A DNA stretch of 64,000 nucleotides from Acidimicrobiales bacterium (GTDB taxonomy: Bacteria > Actinomycetota > Acidimicrobiia > Acidimicrobiales > JAHEJN01): positions 13,748-77,747 of the forward strand of contig JAHEJN010000004.1 in the NCBI GenBank assembly GCA_024638845.1. Direction: 5' to 3'. The first letter of the stretch is position 1, and each line of letters begins with the position of its first letter. Of this stretch, positions 55,801 through 64,000 are shown piece by piece. A program made the position numbers and the translations under genes. Under the pieces are notes generated by a model. That model did no database searches. It worked only from the letters and a program-made list of their open reading frames with translations, and was not told the DNA's origin.

Positions 55801-57350
55801 ATGCGCTGGGCGTTGCGCTGCCGGTCGGTCTGCCGGCGGCGTTCACCGATCCGGTCGCCACGCCGCTCCGTGATCTCGTGCTGCGGTACGCGCGCAGTCA
55901 TGGTCCCTTCGTCATCGACTCGCTGGCCGAGTGGCTGGGCGGTGAGGTGCCGAATCTGCGGGTCACCGTCGAGCAGCTGACTACCGACGGCTTGCTCGTG
56001 CACGGCGAGTTTCGACCCAACGGGGTCGAACGGGAGTGGTGCGATCCTGAGGTGCTTCGGCGACTGCGCCGACGATCGTTGGCCGCGCTCCGACATGAGG
56101 TCGAACCGGTCGATGTAGAAGCCCTTGCCCGGTTCCTGCCGGTCTGGCAGGGGCTCGGCGGCACGCGGCGAGGCGTCGATGCGCTGGTGGAAACGATCGG
56201 TGTGCTCCAGGGAGCCCCGATTGTCGCATCGACGCTGGAGAACGACGTGCTCGCGAGCCGCATCGACGGATACGAGTCGTCGATGCTCGACCAGCTCGCT
56301 TCGATGGGTGACGTCGTGTGGCTGGGAGGTGGGTCGATCGGTGCCCGCGACGGCCGGATCCGGCTGGTCTTTCGCGACCAGGTCAGGCTTTTCGTCGACG
56401 CGAGCGGCGACGAAGGGCCCGACGACCCACTGCACGATGCCATTCGGTCGCACCTTGTGGAGCGGGGCGCATCGTTCTGGACCGAGATCCAGGCGGCAGC
56501 ATCGGCGGCGGGCCTCTCCTATCAGTCCGAGGCAGTGGTTGCGGCGCTGTGGGATCTCGTCTGGGCCGGTGAGGTCACCAACGACACGCTCGCCCCGGTG
56601 CGGGCCCTCGCCATGCGCCGCGGTCGCGGGGGCAAGACTCGTGGGGTCCGAGCCCGACGACCTGGTCGTCTCACCAGCAGCGGGCCGCCGAGCGCAGTGG
56701 GCCGGTGGTCACTCGTGTCGACGCTGGTAGGAGCACCGGCCACACCGACCGAGATGGCCCATGCCCGGGCCGTCCAGTTGCTCGAGCGCTACGGCGTGCT
56801 CACCAGGGAGATGGCCCTCGGCGAGGGGGCAACGGGTGGATTTGCTGGCGTCTATCCCATCCTCCGGGCCCTCGAAGAGCAGGGGAAGGTGCGGCGGGGG
56901 TACTTCGTGGCGGGCCTCGGCGCAGCCCAGTTCGCCCTTCCGGGTGCCGTCGATCGCCTCCGCGATCACCGCGAGAGCGCCGATCCGGCGCCGGCCCTGG
57001 TACTCGCGGCCACCGACCCGGCCCAACCCTTCGGCGCTGCGGTTCCCTGGCCCGAAACCGAGCATCGGCCCAGCCGCTCGGCGAGGGCCTATGTCGTGAT
57101 CGACGACGGTCGTGCCGTCGCCTTCCTCGAGCGCGGCGGCCGCAGCGTCGTTGTCCTCGATGGCGACGCCGACCCGGCCCGGTGGATTGGGGGATTGCGC
57201 GATCTGGTGGCTTCGGGTCGGGTGTCCAAGCTCGAGATCGCCAAGATCGACGGCGAGGCTGCTGGCGCCTCGCCGCTGGTTCCTGCATTCGAGTCGGTGG
57301 GGTTCTCCCGGGGCTATCGAGGACTCCTGCTGCGTCACGGCGGGCTCTGA
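52887..57350 (+). CDS. lhr: Lhr-family ATP-dependent DNA/RNA helicase (long form)
   Basis: MVLDRFSPVVREWFTTTFPEPTAAQTKGWPAIADGDHTLVLAPTGSGKTLAAF, DEIH box, HHGSLS, about 1487 aa. Confidence 0.9.
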   Translation: MVLDRFSPVVREWFTTTFPEPTAAQTKGWPAIADGDHTLVLAPTGSGKTLAAFLWAIDRLVTRPPDPDTRTTKVLYLSPLRALAVDVEKNLRSPLRGIALAAERRGEPVREPTVGLRSGDTPTDERRRLVRHPPDILITTPESLFLMLTSKARETLRGVEHVIIDEIHALAPTKRGTHMALSLERLEELCDQPPQRIGLSATQRPLDEIARFLGGHDGGRHRAVTIIDAGVSKTLDVEIVVPVDDMGALGEGGGGDEGGPERRSIWPAIHPRLLELIEGHASTLIFVNARRLAERLAARLNELAFEQAREQEESFEPVDDGADPPAAVPEVVRAHHGSLSRDRRLQIEDDLKRGELKAIVCTSSLELGIDMGAVDLVIQVESPGAVSRGLQRIGRAGHQVGQASRGRIFPKHRIDLVEAAVVLDGMQHGRIESTRYPRNPLDVLSQHIVAMCAMDDWPVDRLVSLVRRAAPYVELSDDVFRNVLDLLAGRYPSEEFSELRPRVVWDRVADIVAGRPGAQRLAVISGGTIPDRGLFGVFLPDGTRVGELDEEMVYESRPGETFLLGASTWRIQEITFERVIVTPAPGEPGRMPFWHGDGPGRPIELGQAMGAFIRRVRDQRDDAWLVDEVGLDRRAAANLRSFIAEQAEATGVVPDDRTIVVERFRDEIGDWRVCVLSPFGAQIHAPWAMALQARLGERWGSEPEMIWSDDGIVLRLPEAIDQVPIEDLLLDPAEIDQLVIAHLPNTAMFAARFRECAARALLLPRRRPDQRTPLWQQRQRAADLLRVAADYADFPVLLETTRECCNDVFDLPALRTLLADLQSRKVRAVAVDTDRASPFAQSLLFSWIATYMYEGDAPLAERRAAALALDRDLLRELLGSEELRELLDGDVLVELELELQFLTEERRVHDAEGVADLLRRIGPLSLLDLSTRVDGDATAMSTSLIDARRVIEVGIAGETRLAVAEDAGRLRDALGVALPVGLPAAFTDPVATPLRDLVLRYARSHGPFVIDSLAEWLGGEVPNLRVTVEQLTTDGLLVHGEFRPNGVEREWCDPEVLRRLRRRSLAALRHEVEPVDVEALARFLPVWQGLGGTRRGVDALVETIGVLQGAPIVASTLENDVLASRIDGYESSMLDQLASMGDVVWLGGGSIGARDGRIRLVFRDQVRLFVDASGDEGPDDPLHDAIRSHLVERGASFWTEIQAAASAAGLSYQSEAVVAALWDLVWAGEVTNDTLAPVRALAMRRGRGGKTRGVRARRPGRLTSSGPPSAVGRWSLVSTLVGAPATPTEMAHARAVQLLERYGVLTREMALGEGATGGFAGVYPILRALEEQGKVRRGYFVAGLGAAQFALPGAVDRLRDHRESADPAPALVLAATDPAQPFGAAVPWPETEHRPSRSARAYVVIDDGRAVAFLERGGRSVVVLDGDADPARWIGGLRDLVASGRVSKLEIAKIDGEAAGASPLVPAFESVGFSRGYRGLLLRHGGL

Positions 57351-57674
57351 GACAGCAGGGCTTCTGCCGGATTGCCGACCGTCGCCGGCTGGCGGCGGCC
57401 GCCGCCCGTAGGACCAACGGCCCAGACCGGAAGAAAGTCCTCAACCTCGGGCGGGATGGGTCCGATTGATTGCATGTCCCCGGAAAACACCGGGAACGCA
57501 CAATCGAGACCGCAAGGGTTGAGCTTGTCGGTGCCTATCGCATCGGGTCGGAAAACGGCTCGAAGCGGACGGCGGCCGGCCTCCTGGGCGGCCGGCGTCG
57601 TTCGGTCGAACCGTGAGCTCCGACCCGAGCACCTCGAGGACAACATCCTGTTGAATCGGAAGGAACCCGAAAAA

Positions 57675-57872
57675 ATGAAGACCTACATCCGCATCCAGAA
57701 CATGCTTGCTCAGCTCAAGGAGTCCGAGCGTGGCGCCACCGCCGTCGAGTACGGCCTCATCGTGGCCCTCATCGCTGCTGTCATCGTCGCCCTCGTGGCC
57801 GCGGTTGGTAGTGGCGTCAAGGAAGGCTTCGACACCGTCAACGGCGAGCTGACCAAGGCCAACACCAACTGA
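57675..57872 (+). CDS. flp: Flp-family type IVb pilin
   Basis: MKTYIRIQNMLAQLKESERGATAVEYGLIVALIAAVIVALV... (G/ATAVEYGLI Flp motif). SD-like GGAAGGAA upstream. Confidence 0.85.
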   Translation: MKTYIRIQNMLAQLKESERGATAVEYGLIVALIAAVIVALVAAVGSGVKEGFDTVNGELTKANTN

Positions 57873-57927
57873 TCTGACGAAGACCTGATGGTCGGCCTTC
57901 TGTAGCCGGCCAGCACTTCACACCGCA

Positions 57928-57955
57928 GGGCGGGGACGAGATCTCGTCCCCGCCC
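57928..57955 (+). terminator. Perfect 13-bp-stem hairpin between flp and cpaB
   Basis: GGGCGGGGACGAG-AT-CTCGTCCCCGCCC; only a weak U-tract follows (partial terminator/processing site candidate). Confidence 0.55.
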
Positions 57956-58070
57956 CGCTGTGTTCCACCGGCATCGTCGAACGATCCGGTCTGCAACGAC
58001 CCGAGACATCGGGTCGAAACCGGGGAGTGCCCAAGGTGGGCCCCTCGGCCTCCACGTGAAAGGACCGCAC

Positions 58071-58892
58071 ATGAAGCGCAAGATCGGGTTTGCCGTCGCC
58101 GGAGTAATGGCGACCTTCGGCGCCCTCCTCGTATTCCTCTATCTTCGAGACAACCGCAGCACCACGACTGCGGCGCCAGAGCCGGCCGCCGATGTGGCCA
58201 TCGCTGATGATGTCATCGCCCCCGAGCCGCTTCCGGTCTCGACCGACGATCCCGACGCCGATCCGTTGACCGTCGATCCGGTCATCGAGAACGGATCGTT
58301 GACCGCGGTCACGGCCACGAACCAGATCATCGAACTGGGCGATCCGGTCGTGGTCCCACCCGACTACCTCCAGGTGAGCTTCACCATGGGGACCGAGCGG
58401 GCTCTTGGTGGCCGCGTTCGTCCCGGTGACACCGTGGCGGTCATCGCCTCGTTCAACGAGGCGCTTCCGACCGCTGACGGTACGAGCACGGAGACCGTGC
58501 AGACCACCGATGTCCTGCTGCACAAAGCGCTCGTTGCCGACGTCCAGGTCCAAGACGTTCTCGGCGCGACCACCAGCTCGGCAGGCGTTGCGGTCGAAGT
58601 CCCCGAAGGCGCCCTGAACGCCACCAACTCACAGGCCTACACGATCACGATTGCGGTTCCGGCCACCCAGGTCGAGCGCCTCGTGTACGCGCTCGAGTAC
58701 GGCTCGGTATGGCTTGCCTACCAGGGTGCCGAAGCGGGCGAGACCACCAACGGCATCGTGACCGCCACCAACATCCATCAAGAGGTCAGCATCTTCATCG
58801 ACCGCGACGACCTCGCTGCACTGAGTGAAGACGCTCCGGCCGACCTCGCCTTCGAAGGCGATGCCGAGCCCGTTGTCGAAGGCGAGGGCTGA
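58071..58892 (+). CDS. cpaB: Flp pilus assembly protein CpaB/RcpC-like
   Basis: N-terminal TM helix (FAVAGVMATFGALLVFLYL), then VVPPDYLQVSFTMGTERALGGRVRPGDTVAVIASF (beta-clip-like) and an acidic C-terminus. Confidence 0.6.
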   Translation: MKRKIGFAVAGVMATFGALLVFLYLRDNRSTTTAAPEPAADVAIADDVIAPEPLPVSTDDPDADPLTVDPVIENGSLTAVTATNQIIELGDPVVVPPDYLQVSFTMGTERALGGRVRPGDTVAVIASFNEALPTADGTSTETVQTTDVLLHKALVADVQVQDVLGATTSSAGVAVEVPEGALNATNSQAYTITIAVPATQVERLVYALEYGSVWLAYQGAEAGETTNGIVTATNIHQEVSIFIDRDDLAALSEDAPADLAFEGDAEPVVEGEG

Positions 58893-58897
58893 TCATC

Positions 58898-60721
58898 ATG
58901 GGCCGCAAAGACGAGAATGCAGACGACAAGAAGGGCCGTAAGCTCTTCGGGGGGCGCAAGGATCCCGAGAAGGTCATCTTCGGTGAGCATGCCGTGTCGA
59001 GTGATGCGCTGCTCGGAGGTGACGGGTTCGACTTCGGTCTGAACGACCCGTTCCATACTGCAGAGCCGGCGGCTCCGGCCGCGGCGGCACCACCGCCTCC
59101 CGCTCCGGCGGCTGCGGCGCCTGGTTTCGACGACGACTTGCTGCTCGACCACGAGGCGGAGATGAATCCGCTTCCGCCTCGGGCCGAGATCCCCGTGATC
59201 GGCGGACAGGCCGTGATCGACGCCCCGCCGGTACCGGTTGCCGCAAGTGCACCGACCGCTCCCCCTGCCCCGCCCGCGCCGGCCGCGGCTCCGGCGCCCG
59301 CCGCCGCTCCGGCGCCCGCCGCCGCTCCGGCGCAGGCCCACGACGGCACCGCCCAACGCACTCCCGCGCCCGAACCGCCCAAGGGTGGCACCACCGCCGT
59401 CTTGAAGGGCACAGGGTCGAAGTTGTCGCCCGAGATGGTGCAGCTCAAGGCCCGTGCGCACGAAGAGCTCATCGGCCGGTTGAGCACCCGCCTCTTCAAC
59501 GCCACCGCTGACGAGTCCGAGCTCGAGCCTGTGGTGATCGAGGAGTTCGCCGCCTTCCTCGTCGAGGAAGGCATCCACCTCACCGAGTCGGAGCGGGCTG
59601 ATCTCGCCGAAGAGCTGATCAACGACGTGCTCCGTCACGGACCGATCGAACCGTTGCTGCAGGATCCCGACGTGTCGGAAGTCATGGTGAATGGCCCCGA
59701 GAATGTCTACGTCGAGAAGAGTGGTCGGCTGTACCGGACCGAGGCGGTCTTCACCTCCGAGGACGCCCTTCGCCAGGTGATTCAGCGGATGGCATCGAAG
59801 GTCGGTCGTCGTATCGACGAGTCGTCTCCCATGGTGGATGCTCGTCTCCCGGACGGTTCTCGTGTGAACTCCATCATCCCGCCGCTGGCGGTCGACGGAT
59901 CATCGCTCACCATTCGAAAGTTCTCGAAGGATCCGCTCACCGTCGATGATCTCGTCCGCTTCGGGTCGATCACGTTGGAGACCGCAGGCCTTCTCGACGC
60001 ATGCGTTCGCGGCAAGCTGAACATGCTCGTCTCGGGTGGTACCGGTTCGGGTAAGACGACACTGTTGAACGTGTTGTCGTCGTTCATCCCCGACGACGAA
60101 CGCATCGTCACCATCGAGGACTCGGTCGAGCTCCAGCTCGGGCAGGAACACATCGTTCGGCTCGAAACCCGACCGGCCAACCTCGAGGGCCGTGGCTCCA
60201 TCGAGATCCGTGACCTCGTGAAGAACTCGCTGCGCATGCGCCCCGACCGCATCGTCGTCGGTGAGTGTCGTGGCGGCGAGGCCCTGGACATGCTCCAGGC
60301 GATGAACACCGGTCACGATGGGTCGCTTTCGACCCTTCACGCCAACAGCCCCCGAGATGCGCTCAGCCGCCTCGAGACGATGGTGCTCATGGCGGGCATG
60401 GAGTTGCCCGCTCGTGCGATCCGTGAACAGATCGCCTCGGCGGTCGACGTGATCGTCCAGCTGAGCCGTCTGCGGGACGGCACCCGTCGGGTGATGGCCA
60501 TCAGCGAAGTCGTCGGCATGGAGGGTGACGTGATCACCCTCAACGAGATCTTCGCCTTCGACTTCGATGCCGGCATCGACGACGATGGTCGCTTCCTCGG
60601 CTACATCAAGCCCACCGGGTTGCGCCCGAAGTTCAGCGAGAAGCTCGAGGACTACGGCGTCAAGCTCGATCCGAGCCTGTTCTCGAACGGCCCGGTCGAC
60701 CTGCTGGGAGGCGAGTGGTGA
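58898..60721 (+). CDS. cpaF: CpaF/TadA secretion ATPase with a ~190-aa Pro/Ala-rich N-terminal extension
   Basis: Walker A SGGTGSGKTTLLN, IVTIEDSVEL, RMRPDRIVVGECRG, HDGSLSTLHANS. The N-terminus includes 18-bp repeats (59288..59334) encoding APAPAA units. Confidence 0.85.
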   Translation: MGRKDENADDKKGRKLFGGRKDPEKVIFGEHAVSSDALLGGDGFDFGLNDPFHTAEPAAPAAAAPPPPAPAAAAPGFDDDLLLDHEAEMNPLPPRAEIPVIGGQAVIDAPPVPVAASAPTAPPAPPAPAAAPAPAAAPAPAAAPAQAHDGTAQRTPAPEPPKGGTTAVLKGTGSKLSPEMVQLKARAHEELIGRLSTRLFNATADESELEPVVIEEFAAFLVEEGIHLTESERADLAEELINDVLRHGPIEPLLQDPDVSEVMVNGPENVYVEKSGRLYRTEAVFTSEDALRQVIQRMASKVGRRIDESSPMVDARLPDGSRVNSIIPPLAVDGSSLTIRKFSKDPLTVDDLVRFGSITLETAGLLDACVRGKLNMLVSGGTGSGKTTLLNVLSSFIPDDERIVTIEDSVELQLGQEHIVRLETRPANLEGRGSIEIRDLVKNSLRMRPDRIVVGECRGGEALDMLQAMNTGHDGSLSTLHANSPRDALSRLETMVLMAGMELPARAIREQIASAVDVIVQLSRLRDGTRRVMAISEVVGMEGDVITLNEIFAFDFDAGIDDDGRFLGYIKPTGLRPKFSEKLEDYGVKLDPSLFSNGPVDLLGGEW

Positions 60722-61671
60722 TCCTCTCCCTCGCTCTCCCAACCATCGGGGGAATCGACCCGTACCTGTTCTGGGGCGGACTCCTCGTGCTCGCCGGCGC
60801 AGGCGCAGCCTTCGCCATCGAGTCGGCCACCCGAGAGATCGACGCCGAGGCCGCAGCTGACGCAAGCCTGCTCGAGAAGTTCCGTTCCGGCGTCGGTGAC
60901 GCCGCTGATCGTCGGCTCGAGCGATCGGGTCTGGCCGAGGCGGTGCGAACCAAGCTCGAAGTTGTCGGCGCCAAGATGCGTCCGGTCGAGTTCTTCGGCA
61001 TCGTCGCCCTGGCCTCGGTCCTGTTCGGCGTTCTCGGCCTGTTCTTCGCGGGATCGACGGCGCTCATCGCCGGCATTCTCCTCCCGCCGGTGCTGGCCAT
61101 CATCGTCCTCAATCGCAAGGTCAAGCAACAGCGCAAGGCCTTCAGCGATCAGCTGCCCGAGATGTTGCAGTTGCTCGGTGGATCGCTGCGGGCGGGCATG
61201 AGCTTCACCCAAGCCATGAGTGCGGTCGGTCACGAGTCACCGCCGCCGGCCAAGGAGGAGATCCGCAAGGTTCTCACCGAGAACCGGCTCGGGCGGAGCT
61301 TCGTCGAGTCGATGCGCGACGTGGCCCATCGCATGGACAGCCAGGACTTCGAGTGGGTCGTGTCCGCCGTCGAGGTCCACGAGGACGTCGGTGGCAACCT
61401 CGCCGATGTTCTCGACCGAGTGGCCCAAACCATCCGGGCCCGCAACCGTGTTCGTGGTCAGGTCCGTGCCCTCAGCGCAGAGGGTCGCATGTCGGGTCAC
61501 GTCATGACGGCGCTTCCGCCGGGCGTGGTCCTCATCATGTGGGTCTCGAATCGGCCCTACATCGAAGAGCTCACCACGACGTCGCTGGGCCACAAGCTCA
61601 TCGGGGTCGCATTGCTCCTGTTGGCCATGGGTTCTCTCTGGCTGCGCAAGATGGCCGCCTTCAAGTTCTGA
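60715..61671 (+). CDS. tadB: TadB (type II secretion system F-family membrane protein)
   Basis: ...FSDQLPEMLQLLGGSLRAGMSFTQAM...GGNLADVLDRVAQTIRARNRVRGQVRALSAEGRMSG. The GTG overlaps the cpaF end. Confidence 0.8.
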   Translation: MVILSLALPTIGGIDPYLFWGGLLVLAGAGAAFAIESATREIDAEAAADASLLEKFRSGVGDAADRRLERSGLAEAVRTKLEVVGAKMRPVEFFGIVALASVLFGVLGLFFAGSTALIAGILLPPVLAIIVLNRKVKQQRKAFSDQLPEMLQLLGGSLRAGMSFTQAMSAVGHESPPPAKEEIRKVLTENRLGRSFVESMRDVAHRMDSQDFEWVVSAVEVHEDVGGNLADVLDRVAQTIRARNRVRGQVRALSAEGRMSGHVMTALPPGVVLIMWVSNRPYIEELTTTSLGHKLIGVALLLLAMGSLWLRKMAAFKF

Positions 61672-61678
61672 GGAGACT

Positions 61679-62620
61679 GTGATGATCGAACTACTCTCTG
61701 ATCTGCTCAGCGGCCCCAACGTGTTGTTGGTTGGCGCGGCCATGTTCCTCGTCGCCGGTGCCGTCACCTATTTCACGGTGCAGGCTCCCGATCCGGTCGA
61801 CGTCAATCCCGGAATGCTCGGGATCCACGATGCCATTCTGCAGCTTTCGGCCCGCAAGCGTCTGGTGAATCCCGGTCTGAAGTGGCTGGCCGACCTCGCG
61901 GGCAAGTTCAACCCCACCGAGCGGGTGGCCCTGCTCGAGAAGCGTGTTGCCATGGCCGGCATGTCGGTCAACTGGCCCATCGAGCGGGTGCAACTCTACA
62001 AGCTCGTGTTCGGTGTGGTCGGACTCTTGTTCGGTACCGCCGTCTTCTTCACGACATCGACCCCGGTGAACATCACGCTCGGGCCCGCGATTGCGGCGGC
62101 GGGCTGGATGGGCTTCGACTACGTGCTCGACAAGAAGGCCAAGGCGCGACAACAGACCATCGAGTACGCGCTGCCCGACATCCTCGATCAGCTCACCATC
62201 ATCGTCGAGGCGGGCCTGGGCTTCGAAGGTGCGTTCCAGCGGGTCATCGAGTCGAATGACACTCCCCTGGTGGAGGAGTTCGCCCGAGTGCTGCGGAGCA
62301 TTCGTCTCGGCATGTCCCGGAACGAAGCGATGAACCAGCTGCTCGAACGCACCGACGTGGTCCAGCTCCGCATGTTCGTGCGGGCGCTGAACCAGGCCGA
62401 CCGCTCGGGAATCCCGATCGGACAGGTCTTCCGGGTTCAGGCTGACGAAGCTCGCGAGAAGCGACGTCAGCGAGCCGAGGAGAAGGCGATGCAGCTCCCT
62501 GTGAAGTTGTTGTTCCCGCTGGTGCTGTTCATTCTTCCGTCGTTGTTCATCGCCATCCTCGGCCCGGCCGTGGTTCGTGTCCAGGGCAACGGCGGTATCA
62601 ACGGCGGCGGCGGCGGCTGA
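61679..62620 (+). CDS. tadC: TadC (type II secretion system F-family membrane protein)
   Basis: ...YALPDILDQLTIIVEAGLGFEGAF...IPIGQVFRVQADEAREKRRQRAEEKAMQLPVKLLFPLV. AGGAG upstream. Confidence 0.8.
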   Translation: MMIELLSDLLSGPNVLLVGAAMFLVAGAVTYFTVQAPDPVDVNPGMLGIHDAILQLSARKRLVNPGLKWLADLAGKFNPTERVALLEKRVAMAGMSVNWPIERVQLYKLVFGVVGLLFGTAVFFTTSTPVNITLGPAIAAAGWMGFDYVLDKKAKARQQTIEYALPDILDQLTIIVEAGLGFEGAFQRVIESNDTPLVEEFARVLRSIRLGMSRNEAMNQLLERTDVVQLRMFVRALNQADRSGIPIGQVFRVQADEAREKRRQRAEEKAMQLPVKLLFPLVLFILPSLFIAILGPAVVRVQGNGGINGGGGG

Positions 62621-62663
62621 GCCCGACACCGACCTCGACGCGGGGTCGGCCCCAATCGCGGCG

Positions 62664-62697
62664 GGTTCACATGGTCAGCGGTCCGACCATGTGAGCC
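62664..62697. terminator. Hairpin 1 between convergent tadC and the FtsX-type permease gene
   Basis: GGTTCACATGGTC-agcggtcc-GACCATGTGAGCC. Confidence 0.5.
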
Positions 62698-62716
62698 CGT
62701 CGTGTTAGTTCTGTCA

Positions 62717-62745
62717 CATTGGCTCGGCTGTTGGCCGAGCCAATG
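62717..62745. terminator. Hairpin 2 between convergent tadC and the FtsX-type permease gene
   Basis: CATTGGCTCGGC-tgttg-GCCGAGCCAATG (12-bp perfect stem). Confidence 0.5.
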
Positions 62746-62772
62746 ACGGGCGAGGCGGGCTGACGCCCCAGT

Positions 62773-64000
62773 TCAGTCGTGGTTGATGGCCTCGAGGACG
62801 TTGAGCTTCGATGCCCGCCGGGCCGGGAGGGCGGCCGCGAACAGGCCTGCGACTGCGGCAACTGCCACGAACACCGCGAGTTGTCCAATGGGGACGTCGA
62901 GTCGGCTGACGAAGCTGTCGGGGATGACCTCGACCGCGATCGTGCCGAGTACCAGGCCCAGACCAACGCCGAGCAGTCCACCGAATATCGAGACGATCAC
63001 GCCTTCGAACCTCACCATCCGACGCATCTGGCGCCCGGTCATGCCGACCGCACGCATCAGGCCCAGTTCACGGGTCCGTTCGAACACCGACAGCGCGAGA
63101 GTGTTGGTCACGCCGACGAGGGCGATCACGATGGCCAGGCCGAGCAACACGTTGACGACGATCAACAGATTGTCGACGGCCGAGGCCACCGAGTCGCGGA
63201 ACTCCTCGACGGTTTGGATCGAGAGCTGAGGGAAGTCGACTCCGATGCCGGTGCCGAGCGCTTGACGGACCTCGTCCTCGTCGAACCCGTCGGCGGCGAT
63301 GGCCGAGAGGAACTGGTCGCTCGTCGAGGTGAACTTGCGGTCCCAGAGGTCGAGATCGACGACGCGGTCACCCAGGATCGAGTTGTCGTCGTACAGCGCC
63401 GCCACGGTCAGGGTTTCCGAGGAGCCGTCGGCGAACTCGACGTCGAGCATCGAACCGACGTCGAGCCCTCTGTCGGTCGCGAAGCCGTCGAACAACAGAA
63501 CGGCATTCGGCCCGATGAGGTCGTCGTTGCGTTCGACGTAGTCGAGGTCGATGTGCCGATCGACCTGGGCGAGATCGGTGGCCTGACCGTCGAACACCTC
63601 CCCTCCGATGCGGAATGCCTCCTGGCTGAAACGGTACGACAACACCTGTTCGATCTCGGGAAGGCCGCTGGCGCGGTCGGCGACCTCGGTGCTGAACGCC
63701 TGTGAGGGGTCGGTGTTGTTCTCGGGCGAGATGAACCAGTCGGCGATGACGGCTTCTTCGAGCACGTCGGAGAAGGTGGCCTTGAGCGACGACCCGACCA
63801 CCGAGGCCGCGGTCACCAAGGCAAGCCCGATCATCAAGGCGGCCGCGGTTGCGGCCGTTCGTTCCGGACTGCGGCTGGCGTTCTCACGCGCCATGCGGCC
63901 GCCCACCCGGAAGCCTGCGGGAACCGTGTCGACGGCAAGCCAGGAGGCGATACCGAACAGCGCCGCCGGAACCAGGAGGAACAATCCCGCTGGCAGGTTC
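62773..64000 (-). CDS. FtsX/MacB-like ABC transporter permease, C-terminal half; 5' end outside the window
   Basis: ...RSPERTAATAAALMIGLALVTAA..., large extracytoplasmic domain, ...LSVFERTRELGLMRAVGMTGRQMRRMV...RRASKLNVLEAINHD. The reading frame stays open to the window edge. Confidence 0.8.
   Translation of the reverse strand, partial: NLPAGLFLLVPAALFGIASWLAVDTVPAGFRVGGRMARENASRSPERTAATAAALMIGLALVTAASVVGSSLKATFSDVLEEAVIADWFISPENNTDPSQAFSTEVADRASGLPEIEQVLSYRFSQEAFRIGGEVFDGQATDLAQVDRHIDLDYVERNDDLIGPNAVLLFDGFATDRGLDVGSMLDVEFADGSSETLTVAALYDDNSILGDRVVDLDLWDRKFTSTSDQFLSAIAADGFDEDEVRQALGTGIGVDFPQLSIQTVEEFRDSVASAVDNLLIVVNVLLGLAIVIALVGVTNTLALSVFERTRELGLMRAVGMTGRQMRRMVRFEGVIVSIFGGLLGVGLGLVLGTIAVEVIPDSFVSRLDVPIGQLAVFVAVAAVAGLFAAALPARRASKLNVLEAINHD

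Noticed and set aside
59080-59340. Pro/Ala-coding 18-bp repeats considered as an independent repeat element or a separate gene.
   Set aside because: They are in frame with, and continuous into, the CpaF ATPase ORF with coding-type GC3. They are treated as a low-complexity N-terminal region of cpaF, with an alternative later start noted.

Overview
Visibly high-GC, gene-dense chromosomal segment from an actinobacterium. Lineage markers are WhiB, MshA (mycothiol), the coproporphyrin-type haem genes hemE/hemY/hemQ, and mycobacteria-like synteny (mshA-ybjN, proC-small HTH, DUF3263-LytR_C). The exact taxon cannot be determined from this window. No rRNA, CRISPR array, transposase or integrase was recognised. 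Content is mostly housekeeping: orn, dut, ispD/ispF, radA, rlmB, proC, groEL with a CIRCE operator, glnD, dtd, lnt, helD, lhr and two tRNAs. It also holds two ABC importers (polar amino acid; iron(III) next to a DtxR-family repressor). Accessory-looking parts: (1) a small HesB/IscA-like ORF downstream of hemY, interrupted by one in-frame TGA that is followed by a SECIS-like hairpin, so a candidate selenoprotein; (2) a GT4 / two methyltransferase / alpha-alpha-barrel / GtrA cluster resembling the methylmannose-polysaccharide (MMP) gene set; (3) a WhiB7-type gene with a full attenuator-style leader (AT-rich/-35 promoter, SD-led uORF, intrinsic terminator); (4) an RsiG-like protein with two c-di-GMP-type helix motifs; (5) a compact flp-cpaB-cpaF-tadB-tadC pilus locus; (6) an exact 81-bp tandem duplication that copies the stop codon and last codons of an ABC ATPase gene. 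Many genes have a TANNNT -10 hexamer 6-8 nt upstream of the start codon, consistent with leaderless mRNAs. Two divergent gene pairs share back-to-back -10 elements. All functional calls come from reading the translations by eye; no searches were run.
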